A stretch of 42,441 nucleotides of DNA from Trichomonas gallinae (taxonomy: Eukaryota), in NCBI GenBank assembly GCA_008369845.1, contig MRSU01000045.1:1-42441 (forward strand), read 5' to 3'. Below the pieces are notes generated by a model that was not told the origin of the DNA, made no database searches, and worked only from the letters and a program-made list of their open reading frames with translations. This document shows positions 32,159-42,208 of this stretch, one piece after another. How positions within the stretch are numbered: position 1 is the stretch's first letter; every line of letters starts with the position of its first letter. The translations under genes and the position numbers were made by a program.

Positions 32159-32652
32159 TTCTACAAAAGGCGAATTGTAGTTGTTAATTAAAACTCTCTG
32201 CTAGCTAAATTTCAAGGAAAACAACAAAATTTTATTTTTTGACTATGATTAGCTCATATTTACTTTGAGCAGTATAATTAGTGATTAATTCCACTTATAA
32301 TGGACTTGGAATATTTTTAATTAATTTAAAATACAACTGCTTTTATCGGATATGGTTATTGTATGACTGAAATTTTGTTTGTATTTAATCACAAAGATCG
32401 TAAAACTTTGAGATTTTATTTGATGAAATTTGAATTGTATTAAATATAGTAAAATTCATAGTCTCAACACAATCATGTAACCAATAATATTGAAATGTCA
32501 ATGTTATTAGCTCCCAACAACGCCGAAATAAAAAATTTGATTAATCTCCAGCAAAAAGAATCAATTTTAAATAAAAAAATGATTTATTGGAATAAAGGTG
32601 GTGATTATTATGATAATTAAAAAGCATAACATTTATTTAGAGGAAAAATAAA

Positions 32653-35346
32653 ATGAGCGATATTCTCCCCCGGATTCAGTCAGGGGCTAAATCAAGGGGA
32701 GAGAATATTCGCTTGATAACGCAGGGAAGAGATATATCGAATCCAGACAGCCCAATAGACATCTATATTTCTATATCAGATACGCATTTCGACATTTACA
32801 AGATAGAAACAACATTTAGTGTCAATGCTTATTCATGGTTTAGTCTCAAAAAGATATTTTTCCGTGAATCTATGGTTAATTTTGAATTTAACGAATCAAA
32901 AATTTCGATTGAATTTGATGATATTGAAAAAGTTTACGAAATTACATCAGATATACTGCCACGTATCTTAAAACTCTCGGAAATGGCGGAAACTGGTGCT
33001 TCTGTATTAAATAATCTTGCGCAACCAAATCCAAACTCAGCAATTTTACGATTAAAACAGAAAATCAAATACAGCAAGAACCCACAAAACACTCTTCCTA
33101 TCGATATTATTACAGATTTCATTACTTTTCATCCTTATGAATTAGATTTTTCGAAAATTCCGAATTGTCATGCAGTATTTTCATGGTTTATAGATCTTAT
33201 TCCCCTGCTTCCATCTCTCCAAACATTTGTTATTTCATCGTCTTTTTTATCAAAAAATTTGAAACTTTTGACAAACAGCATTATTGATGTAGGTATGATT
33301 GAGCACATCGAAATAAAAGAATCCATAACAGAACAAGTCGAAAATTTCATTAATTTATTTTTGTCGGATAAGAATTCGTCGTTAAGTGCAATTACTTATA
33401 ATAATACACCGCTAACTGATGCAAATTTAAAGAATTTGCAGCAAATTCTTCAAAATAAGAAAATAACATCTTTATCTCTGATAAATTGTATGAATATTAA
33501 AGTGCTTTCGAACTTCCATTTAAGTTTTATTAACGATCCATCATTCAGCAGACTAACTTACTTAAATTTAGATTCCACTCATGGGTTAAATCTTTTTGCT
33601 TTATTACCAAAAATTACAAATATTACATATCTATCGTTATCAGATTGTCAACTCGATGTCGGGAAAGCGCTTATTAAGTTTTCGAACTTAAATTTCAAGA
33701 ATCTCGTCGCTGTAAATTTATCAAATAATTCATTCGAAGAAATTTTACCAGAAAACTACGAGTTTCCGCAAAAACTTACAAAAATACTCATAGATAATCT
33801 AAATTGCGGTGAAGAAAGTTTGCAAACACTTTTCAAACGCATAAAAGAAAATCGCGAAAAAGAATTTCAGCTCTCTGTTAGTAATTTCCAAGCTCTATAT
33901 CCAGATGTGTATAAATTCCTTGGATCTTTCAAACTTCACAACCTTAAGTCCCTAGTTTGGGATAAAAACTCTGCTTCACAAGAATTTCGTAATTTCGTTA
34001 AACACAATGAGTGCATTGAATATTTATCAGTTAGTGGGTGTTTCCATCTAGAAAATCAAGACTTTGACCCATTCTGTATGTTTATTGCCGAAAATTCATC
34101 AATCAAAAATTTAGTTTTCAGAGAAAACGATATTCTTGAAAAGAAAATTAGTGACTTCGTTAATTCCATTATAAAGCGTCAGTCTGTTCTAGAATTTCTT
34201 GATATTTCGGACTCAAAATGCGGTGATGAAGGACTAAAAGAAGTTAAAGCACTTGTCATATCCGAGAAAGCACCAAAAGTGTTAATAGCCGATGGTGCCT
34301 CACCAAACAAGTCATCTTCGGTTATCGATTTTCTTAATTCCGCTCTTGGTGTTGAAAACGACATTTGTGTGTCCTATCCGGTTAAAGACATGGAATACCT
34401 CACGAAATTGAAGAGAATTTCTGATTCCCAGCTAAAAGAGATATTATCCAAATATCGAAGCAAAGAAGGCCCAAGTGATTCATATTTCGACTCACCATTC
34501 ACTGTTTATTTTGAAGACAACTCAGAAAGATTTCCAAGATTTATTTCGAATCTTCCTGATAAAAATAACGCGCCGCTTCATTCCCCACGTCCAGCTCCTA
34601 TTTCACCAAGGAAGATATTCTCGAATCCCATCGAAAAGCGCGCTGACATTCCCAAAACTGCGAATATTGCAGCCCCAGCATCTCAATCGGCTCCAAACTC
34701 AGAGTCCGAAGGAACTGAAGGCGGTGGATTATCCCTTATGCCTGCAATTTCATCGCAAGCATCCAGGAGCGTTTCATCGAGAAGCATAACGAAAGAATCC
34801 CCGAAGCCAGTAAAGGCAAAAGCCAAAGCAAGCAAAAAGGCACCTACTGGAAAAGTCGCGAGATTGACGCCTTCATCATCATTGATAAAAATTCTTGGCG
34901 TCAATAAAAGGGAACCGCTAAAAGCCTCATCGCAGACAGCAGGAACTCCTACAACTAATGCCGCTAAATCTGACAGCCAAGACTTCATGCAGTCACCTCT
35001 ACCGACGCCAAAATCTGTCGAAAGGAATGAATTCTCAAACTCGAAAGACTCTGATAAAAGAGCAGAAATTATTTCAGAAAAAACTCCGAAAAACTCTAAA
35101 TCAGACAAGAAATCTGAATCTGAGAAGGAGTCTGAGTCGACGCCAATCCAAGGGAAGAACTCTGATCCTAAGTCTGGCGAAAAGAAGAGAAGAAGAAGGC
35201 ACCATTCTAAGAAGGAAAACAAAGACAGAGAAGATTGGAGTTTTCCGATACCAAAAATTGCAATTAAGCCTAACTGGGAACAGATGGAGAAGCAGTTTTC
35301 TATGCAGGAAGTGGAATTGTATCTTAGACAATCAATTCACAACTAA
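32653..35346 (+). CDS. Leucine-rich repeat (RNI-like) protein, CARMIL-like architecture, with a disordered S/P/K-rich C-terminus
   Basis: RI-like LRRs (LTYLNLDST, ITYLSLSDCQL, LVAVNLSNNSF, LEFLDISDSKCGDEGL), a beta-rich PH-like N-terminus and a low-complexity tail. Confidence 0.8.
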   Translation: MSDILPRIQSGAKSRGENIRLITQGRDISNPDSPIDIYISISDTHFDIYKIETTFSVNAYSWFSLKKIFFRESMVNFEFNESKISIEFDDIEKVYEITSDILPRILKLSEMAETGASVLNNLAQPNPNSAILRLKQKIKYSKNPQNTLPIDIITDFITFHPYELDFSKIPNCHAVFSWFIDLIPLLPSLQTFVISSSFLSKNLKLLTNSIIDVGMIEHIEIKESITEQVENFINLFLSDKNSSLSAITYNNTPLTDANLKNLQQILQNKKITSLSLINCMNIKVLSNFHLSFINDPSFSRLTYLNLDSTHGLNLFALLPKITNITYLSLSDCQLDVGKALIKFSNLNFKNLVAVNLSNNSFEEILPENYEFPQKLTKILIDNLNCGEESLQTLFKRIKENREKEFQLSVSNFQALYPDVYKFLGSFKLHNLKSLVWDKNSASQEFRNFVKHNECIEYLSVSGCFHLENQDFDPFCMFIAENSSIKNLVFRENDILEKKISDFVNSIIKRQSVLEFLDISDSKCGDEGLKEVKALVISEKAPKVLIADGASPNKSSSVIDFLNSALGVENDICVSYPVKDMEYLTKLKRISDSQLKEILSKYRSKEGPSDSYFDSPFTVYFEDNSERFPRFISNLPDKNNAPLHSPRPAPISPRKIFSNPIEKRADIPKTANIAAPASQSAPNSESEGTEGGGLSLMPAISSQASRSVSSRSITKESPKPVKAKAKASKKAPTGKVARLTPSSSLIKILGVNKREPLKASSQTAGTPTTNAAKSDSQDFMQSPLPTPKSVERNEFSNSKDSDKRAEIISEKTPKNSKSDKKSESEKESESTPIQGKNSDPKSGEKKRRRRHHSKKENKDREDWSFPIPKIAIKPNWEQMEKQFSMQEVELYLRQSIHN

Positions 35347-35476
35347 GATTTTGTTTTGTATAAATATATTTTGTTGATATTAAGTTAATTGTATTTTTCA
35401 AACGAAAAATGTATTTATATCATAATGGTTAATGGAAAACAATATTTATAAAGAAATAGAAAAAAAATTTTATTTA

Positions 35477-35546
35477 TTTACATGTCATAATTGCATTTTA
35501 CGTGTCAAAAATAAGTTTATGTGTCATAAATTTGGTTTACGTGTCA
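35477..35546 (+). promoter_or_regulatory. Array of four TTTAYRTGTCA motifs, 20/19/20-bp spacing
   Basis: TTTACATGTCA (35477), TTTACGTGTCA (35497), TTTATGTGTCA (35516) and TTTACGTGTCA (35536). The array ends 56 bp before ATG 35603, with Inr TCATT at 35596-35600. Confidence 0.7.
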
Positions 35547-35602
35547 TAATGTAAAAATAATACATTCAATTCCGTTATTTGATAAGTTTACAATTTCATT
35601 AC

Positions 35603-37078
35603 ATGATTTCGCTTTTCGTATCTCATACTATTGCTCTTAAGTGCTCTAAACAGTACAGCGTTGACCTCCATGACTCAAGAAGCAATTACATATCTTTTTT
35701 GGAAAACAAAAATGTTTGCTTTAAGGTGGTCGGAAATGAATTAGACAGCAAAGAGAAATTGTCAATTTTAGTTGATAGTAAAGTTAATTACAAGCTCTCT
35801 GTTTATGATCCAAAAGGAGACATACAAATTATCCCTGAGTCAGATGTCAAACCAAATGAAAAGATTATTACAGATGCCAAAGATTGCATTTTGGTCCTTT
35901 CATTCATTAATACAACAGATTCAACCTCAAAGGAACTTGTAGTTAGCCAAATTAAGCCAAACAAAAGATTAGCTCAGCAAATTTCCGAGAAAAACTTCTC
36001 AATTGAACGTAAAACACTTGCTGACTCCAAGACTACAAAGACAATCATTGCTGTTGTTGTTGTCTACATAGTTTTGTGGATTGTTTCATTAGCAATCTTC
36101 ATTAGCTTAGCCTGCTGGAAGCCAAACAGAGCTATACGTGCTGGTATCCTTTATCCATGCTTTTATAACTGCTGTTGTCCATACACTTTCGATAAGTCTT
36201 TCGATTATTACGTTTATGAAGAACGCAGAAAGCCGCATTTCCAGATTCCATGTGCAGATCTGTGCTGCAGCACAGCATGTTGCGAATGTTTCTGCTTAAC
36301 AAACCAGGCATACTTCGTTTATCGTTGTTATCCAAGATTCCACAAGCTAAAAATCCTCGAATACTTGTGCTGCTTGTGTGTCCCTGACAATGATTGCAAT
36401 TGTAATCGCTGCACTGATGCAGAATGTGTCTTTTTCTGTTTATGCGGTCTTTCTTATTTACTCGGAGTATTTTTGATTTTCTTAATACCAATCTACTGGC
36501 TTATCATTCAAATCCTTATGCCAATATGGCTCCTCTGGGCTTCATGCCTCATCTGCCACAGAGACGACAAAGATGAGAAGAAATTCGAAGAAACAATTCC
36601 AGATGAGAACTACGAATCTCCTTACGCCGACAGACACATCAGAAGCGCAGTAGGCGGCTCAGCTGTCGATAACGCAAGGGATAAGAGGAAAGAAATGCAG
36701 AAAGATGAAAAAGATGCAAAGAAAGACGCAAAACAGAGAGAAAAAGACATGCAGAAGGAAAGAGAGAGGATGAGACAAGAAGCATTAGAGGCAATGCGCC
36801 GCGCAGAAGAGCACCCAGAAGAAGCAGAGCAAGATGTCGTTCCACCGCAGCAATCTGCACATCAGCCACGCGAAAACAGCCAAACACCACCACACCCAAC
36901 AAACCAGATCCCACAGCAACAACAGAATGTCTACGAGCAGCCAGGTTATCCACAACAGCAGTATCCAGCTTACAATCAACCTCCTCCAGGATATTATCAG
37001 CAGCCACCACCTGGATACTACCAACAACAGTATCCGCCACAGCAGCCTGAATACCAATATCCACCGCCACCACAATAA
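35603..37078 (+). CDS. Membrane protein with signal peptide, Cys-rich inter-TM region, coiled coil and P/Q/Y-rich tail (~491 aa)
   Basis: The first ATG (35603) follows the Inr. It has signal-like MISLFVSHTIA, TM 'IIAVVVVYIVLWIVSLAIFISLA', CC clusters, a second long hydrophobic block, an E/K/R helix and repeated QPPPGYYQ. Confidence 0.85.
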   Translation: MISLFVSHTIALKCSKQYSVDLHDSRSNYISFLENKNVCFKVVGNELDSKEKLSILVDSKVNYKLSVYDPKGDIQIIPESDVKPNEKIITDAKDCILVLSFINTTDSTSKELVVSQIKPNKRLAQQISEKNFSIERKTLADSKTTKTIIAVVVVYIVLWIVSLAIFISLACWKPNRAIRAGILYPCFYNCCCPYTFDKSFDYYVYEERRKPHFQIPCADLCCSTACCECFCLTNQAYFVYRCYPRFHKLKILEYLCCLCVPDNDCNCNRCTDAECVFFCLCGLSYLLGVFLIFLIPIYWLIIQILMPIWLLWASCLICHRDDKDEKKFEETIPDENYESPYADRHIRSAVGGSAVDNARDKRKEMQKDEKDAKKDAKQREKDMQKERERMRQEALEAMRRAEEHPEEAEQDVVPPQQSAHQPRENSQTPPHPTNQIPQQQQNVYEQPGYPQQQYPAYNQPPPGYYQQPPPGYYQQQYPPQQPEYQYPPPPQ

Positions 37079-37804
37079 TATAAAACTTAATTGAATATTA
37101 GATTTTACATTAACAATTCTTAGCAAGAATTTGATTTATCTGCATCTATCAAATAATGTGTGTTCTCTTGTTATTATTAATATTTCTCTTAATCTTGAAC
37201 AGAATTGATTTATTTGAAGATATTATGATTATTCATTATTTATTGGCAACAAGAGGAATTAAAATAGTTTGATAATATCATAGAGAAATACTATGGATTA
37301 TCTATCATTTTAATTGAATAAAATATTAATTCAAAACTGAAACTCAGGAATATATTTTTGGGCTTGTATGATCACATATTTGATATTTCAAGTATTTGGT
37401 TATGAATTCGGATCAAATATTGAATCCAAAATAAAAATCTTTCATGGTTCAACAAATTTGCCCGTGAATAATTACTATATAAATATTACTGATATGAATA
37501 TAATCTTTAGATTGAGTAGCGATCGAAAAATTTTGTTGAAATTAGAAACGATTATTTTCGATTCAAAAATAATCGTAAGATAATGACAAATAATCATATA
37601 TAATATAATGGACAATTTTATATCTAAAAGGATTGCTTTAGCGCCCGTAAAAATTGCCACTCGAAGTAAATTGACAAAAAAACGTGTTGTGTGGTTGACA
37701 AAATGTAGTAGATTACAAAAACTCAACAATTTCATTAAAATTTTCTGCCAACGAAATTTTGTCACTTTTATAAGTTTACAAAAAAAAACTTAATTTTTTT
37801 TGCG

Positions 37805-38224
37805 ATGTTTCCTCTGCTACAATTGCAATTAGCGAGTAACATCATTCACAAGGATTCCAAGGAAGAGCTCGACCAGTATCGCCGTGAACGTGTTAACGCA
37901 CCAGAAAACAAAAAGATTTTCGAAGTTCAAAATTATTTATGTACGATACCAACAATCTTAACAAAGCACAATGATGGTAAAACATTGACAAAGATTGATA
38001 TCCCACGTAACGAAAATGAATTTTCGCTTTCAAATGTTCCAATTGGAATTAACGAAATACGGTTCTTTACTAATCGAGATAAGCTGTCAACTCTCAAACC
38101 TGGTCAATTGGGAATTGTCGATTTTGATTCAAATTGTAAGCACGCGTATTATTTATCATACAGTCCTGAATTTGCTGGCGCAGCAAATTTGGTTAATATG
38201 AACACTGCATCTGAAGCACATTGA
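37805..38224 (+). CDS. Hypothetical 139-aa protein, possibly a truncated gene
   Basis: ATG-initiated ORF with coding-like composition, set in very AT-rich DNA. No recognisable domain. Confidence 0.5.
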   Translation: MFPLLQLQLASNIIHKDSKEELDQYRRERVNAPENKKIFEVQNYLCTIPTILTKHNDGKTLTKIDIPRNENEFSLSNVPIGINEIRFFTNRDKLSTLKPGQLGIVDFDSNCKHAYYLSYSPEFAGAANLVNMNTASEAH

Positions 38225-38737
38225 GGTGCTTTTCAGAGGTAAAGGTTCGATTTAAAATTTGTATTTCTTTTTTCGTATAATCATAACCATTCAAAATTAC
38301 CAATTATTACGATATTTTGAAAATAATGGTTGTGTATTATATTACATTTATTTACAAATCCGTTTAATTTGAAATTTTATATGAAAAAAATAATTTGTGA
38401 AGCAACAAGATAAAAATGATTAAATCTAATTGTTTTTGTCTCATACCATCTGAAAATGTTTGTTTTTGGATCAATATTAATTTCAAAAAAATATTTTCAA
38501 AAACAAACAATAAGATTTGCACAGCATCAAACCAATCAAATGTATTACATGAATTTAATATTATTTACAAGTAATTTTTTTGAATTCAAATTTTTTATAC
38601 TTAACAAAATTAACTTTTGTCGGGAAGTTATGTGTAAATATGCACGTGTATTATATCAAAATGAGGTCTTATTATAAATGAAATATTTGATATAAAATTA
38701 TTTGTACAAAACGCTTAATTGTATTTATATAAAGACA

Positions 38738-39517
38738 TCAAATAGGTGAACGGAAACTTGACCTTGAAGAAGATGATGTTCTTCGCGCAGAAGAATGAGT
38801 GCGAGAAGATGATACTGAAGATGATCTCTTTCGAGGTGTAAGTGTTCCACTAACATGAGGAATCTCTCTGGAATGTAATGTGGACTTAATTTCGGCTGCT
38901 TTTTGAATTCTATTAAGACGAGAAATTTCTTTTGATGCTCTAAGCTCGAGTTCTTCGAGGGCAGCGCGCTGCTTCTCTGCGAGTAAATCTGTTTCACGCT
39001 TTTGACGAGCTTCGAGTTTTGATTTTTGTCTTTTGTATTGTTCTTCGATTTGATTTGATCGCTTTTCTCTTACTCTATTTTCTATTTCAGTAGCTTCTGC
39101 GTAAAGAGCCCTTGCCATTTGATAATTATGAGCACTACCGAATTTCTTAGATTGATCAAACTTAACAGTTGCTTCATGCACGGGTCTCTTTAACTCTCGT
39201 TCACGTGCAAGGGCATATGAAAGACTTAAATTGTTCAGTTCTTCCGTATGTTGTTTTGTTAATTCTTGGAATCTTTCATGAAATCTGCGCTGAAGTTCGA
39301 CTCTTTCTTGTGTAGTTTTTGTTTTGGCTATATTGGCCGATGTTTTCAGCTTCTCAGTCTCTTCATCGAGATTTGTGTTCCTCGTTGATGGCTTATTTTG
39401 GGCTGTCTGTAGTTTCTTTATCTGCATTGAGATGCTTTCGGCACGATCGAAGTCAAAATTGTCGATTGCAACTTGATGCTCCTTTTTTAGAAGCTCAATC
39501 TGTGCCGCTTTATCCAT
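38738..39517 (-). CDS. Coiled-coil protein with an N-terminal UVR-like helical hairpin and a Ser/Arg-rich tail
   Basis: 'IELLKKEHQVAIDNFDFDRAESISMQIKKLQ' fits the UvrB/C (UVR) motif pattern. It is followed by extended heptads and an RS-rich C-terminus. Confidence 0.8.
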   Translation of the reverse strand: MDKAAQIELLKKEHQVAIDNFDFDRAESISMQIKKLQTAQNKPSTRNTNLDEETEKLKTSANIAKTKTTQERVELQRRFHERFQELTKQHTEELNNLSLSYALARERELKRPVHEATVKFDQSKKFGSAHNYQMARALYAEATEIENRVREKRSNQIEEQYKRQKSKLEARQKRETDLLAEKQRAALEELELRASKEISRLNRIQKAAEIKSTLHSREIPHVSGTLTPRKRSSSVSSSRTHSSARRTSSSSRSSFRSPI

Positions 39518-40148
39518 TTCTAACTTTTCGGAATATAAAAATAATTAGAATATTTTAGGTTTTTATTATGATTTTTCGATTTTTAATTATGTTTCCGAAA
39601 AATTAAATTAATGAATATGATTATATTTTATGAGATAATTATATTTCTTTCATTTATTTCAATTTTTAATATATTTCATAAAAAATCTGAAATATCTGCT
39701 AAATAATTTCATTTTTAAGCTAACAAGATATGGGAAGATATATCATTTACTTTATTTTCTGTCATATATTGCTATGTAATCACTCTCTCTTTGCTTTAAT
39801 AACAATATTGCTGAATGAACAAAACTCCGAGGTGATAAAAAACTTTTTTGTCCATTCTATTAAATATACACATATGATCCATAATAAACACGAATCCAAT
39901 TAAAATTTATCTGAAAAAAATATTAATTTTTTTTCAAAGATAAATTTTAAGGTGATAGACCTATCATTATACGTGAAAAAGTGAAATAGTTCATATCCAT
40001 ATGATAAAAATATCATTTATTATTTGATAATAAAAAATATGAAAATTCTGCAATTTTACCTCTAAAAAAGATTATTCATATTCAAATGAGAGAAAACAAT
40101 TGATGATACAGAGTATAGTTATAAAAAAAGTACAATTTACAAAAGCAA

Positions 40149-42125
40149 TTATTGATTTGCTGCCTGCTCTTCTTCATCCTCTTCGTCGTACATTTCCTCT
40201 TCATCGCTGCTCTGGAATTCGTAGAGAAGCTCGTTCTTCTGCTCAGGCGGGAGAGTTTCGCCGATATAACAGCCAAGCATCTGAATCGGATCATCTGGCA
40301 TCTCTTCAATCAAGTAGCAGAGGCCTCCAGCGAGTGCGGGCGCGATGGCCTGGACCAGCCACTCTCTCTGTGTCTTAGAGTATTTAGCGAGCAAGCGTGT
40401 TTCTTCGTGCTCTATGAGTTCTTGCTGGCGGATAATGGCGAGCTCTTTCTCGCGCTTCTTCGCCTCCTCGGCCTCGCGAAGCTGGGCCTCCATCTTGGCG
40501 AGACGCTCCTGCTTGAGCCTGCGCTGCTTCTCCTGCTCCTCGGAATCTCTGAGAATTAGTGAAGGAGTTTTTCCGAAATTGCGAGGCGTGCCGATGAATT
40601 TCGTAACGATATCTACAGGATCGGTAACTTTTTCAATAGGAATGGTTATAGCTTTCATTGTCGTAGAGTCGAACGCGAAATAAAGGTGAGACTCGTCAGC
40701 GCCGTTTGTTGTACGATATTGAGATAATCTTGCTTCGAATTCGTCTGTATTTCCGATGCCGAGCATCATTGATGGGTCCTGCTTGGCCCTATTTCTTAAG
40801 AAAGAATCGCTTCCTTCGAGTTCTATGAAGTATTGTGGCGAATTTTGAGAATCTTGCCAGAGAGCTTCGGCAAAATCGCTGTTAGATGGAATGCCATCAA
40901 GAATAAAGCCCTGGTTCTTACATGGGACGTCTTGAAGTTTCCATTTCATCAAATCTAATAATAAAGGAGGTGAAATTTCGCCTTGTAATTGCTGTGTGAA
41001 TTGGCTCCAGTATCCATTAACGTTCTTTTTGGCCTCAGAAATGAGACTGTCGACGGATATAAGTGGAATTGAGTATTTGTAAGCTATTTTGGCGCATAAT
41101 GTTGATTTTCCTGAGAGTGGTGGACCACAAACGAGAATTCTTGTTGGTTTGACGTTTCTAGCTTCGAGGAATTCCTTTCCAATTTCTTCTATTGAATTAA
41201 GGAATCCACTGGCGCAAGTCATTGGAACTCTTGCAAGTAATTCGTTGACTGCCTGAATATCTGCCGTCAAATAGTCGATTGCTGTTTCAGAAATCCATGG
41301 AATCGTCAAAGCTTGGTCAATTTCGATAGAATCAACTTCTCCGTCTGAGAATAGTTTGGAAATTCCTTCGATAATATCTTTGAGCTTCGAATTTGCTTTG
41401 TCAACTGCCATAACGAATCTATCAATCATCTGGCCTTGAAGAGTTGAAACTAAAAGGGCGGCGAGGTCCCTAACATGAATCATTGGTACAATGTTTTGTC
41501 CTTCTCCAATTACTGGAAGTTTATGCTGGATTTCAGCAAAACCGTACTGTTCGACATTCTTGTTGTTCCATGCGAACTTAAAGAACGGGAAGAGCAAGTC
41601 TTCACCATCTCCATAAGGAATACCGCACGCCAAGACGTAAACTTCGACAAGTGGGTTTTCGCGACATAATTTTGTAGCACGGAGCTCAGCTTCATATTGA
41701 GCGCGGAAGTTTGGATGTGGTTTGCGCTTTCTGAAGTCGTCTCCTGTTAATGTTGAAGATGAAGATGTGAGAGCCCACGTCATTAGAGTAGAAATGAGAA
41801 CGATTTTGATATTTGTTGTGGCAGCCTCGAATCTTGCGAAAGATTGGACAGCGACTGACGGGTCTTCTCTAATATCAAAAACGAAAGTGTTGCAAAGAGC
41901 AAATGCATCATCAATGCTTGCGACAACTTCATATTTTGGTATTGGTGAAACGTTTGGAGCTGCAAATTTCCTAATTGGCTCGCGATCTCCGTAAACGTTG
42001 TATTTCGCTTGCAAAAGAGCGGAAACAACATGACGGCCGATATATGAATTTGCATGGTGAACGAAAACGCTTAACTGTGATGGGTCGGCTCCTTCTTCTT
42101 TCTGTGGTGGAGGAGCTTCAGACAT
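40149..42125 (-). CDS. AK7: Adenylate kinase 7-like flagellar protein (Rossmann-like + AK + coiled coil + Dpy-30), ~658 aa
   Basis: N-terminal epimerase-like domain (NSYIGRHV, ISTLMTWA, RKRKPHPNF, GIPYGDGE, IVPMIHVRDLA), P-loop GPPLSGKST, NQGFILDG, and Dpy-30 motif 'REWLVQAIAPALAGGL...PDDPIQMLGCY'. The start is set at ATG 42125; the track's ATG at 42203 lies in the upstream motif. Confidence 0.9.
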   Translation of the reverse strand: MSEAPPPQKEEGADPSQLSVFVHHANSYIGRHVVSALLQAKYNVYGDREPIRKFAAPNVSPIPKYEVVASIDDAFALCNTFVFDIREDPSVAVQSFARFEAATTNIKIVLISTLMTWALTSSSSTLTGDDFRKRKPHPNFRAQYEAELRATKLCRENPLVEVYVLACGIPYGDGEDLLFPFFKFAWNNKNVEQYGFAEIQHKLPVIGEGQNIVPMIHVRDLAALLVSTLQGQMIDRFVMAVDKANSKLKDIIEGISKLFSDGEVDSIEIDQALTIPWISETAIDYLTADIQAVNELLARVPMTCASGFLNSIEEIGKEFLEARNVKPTRILVCGPPLSGKSTLCAKIAYKYSIPLISVDSLISEAKKNVNGYWSQFTQQLQGEISPPLLLDLMKWKLQDVPCKNQGFILDGIPSNSDFAEALWQDSQNSPQYFIELEGSDSFLRNRAKQDPSMMLGIGNTDEFEARLSQYRTTNGADESHLYFAFDSTTMKAITIPIEKVTDPVDIVTKFIGTPRNFGKTPSLILRDSEEQEKQRRLKQERLAKMEAQLREAEEAKKREKELAIIRQQELIEHEETRLLAKYSKTQREWLVQAIAPALAGGLCYLIEEMPDDPIQMLGCYIGETLPPEQKNELLYEFQSSDEEEMYDEEDEEEQAANQ

Positions 42126-42197
42126 TTTAACGTATAATAATCGTTTGTAAATTACAAAAATATATTTCTGTTTGTAAACTGTCAAAATTAATATTTT

Positions 42198-42208
42198 TGA
42201 CATGTAAA
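42198..42208 (-). promoter_or_regulatory. TTTACATGTCA upstream motif
   Basis: Plus strand TGACATGTAAA, in sense orientation ~72 bp upstream of ATG 42125. Confidence 0.5.

Noticed and set aside
42126..42203. N-terminal extensions from the ORF track (also 4376-4402, 31129-31209 and 35579-35602)
   Set aside because: They have non-ATG starts or an ATG embedded in the upstream motif, and AT-rich intergenic composition. Inr or M3 elements support the downstream ATGs at 4403, 31128 and 35603.
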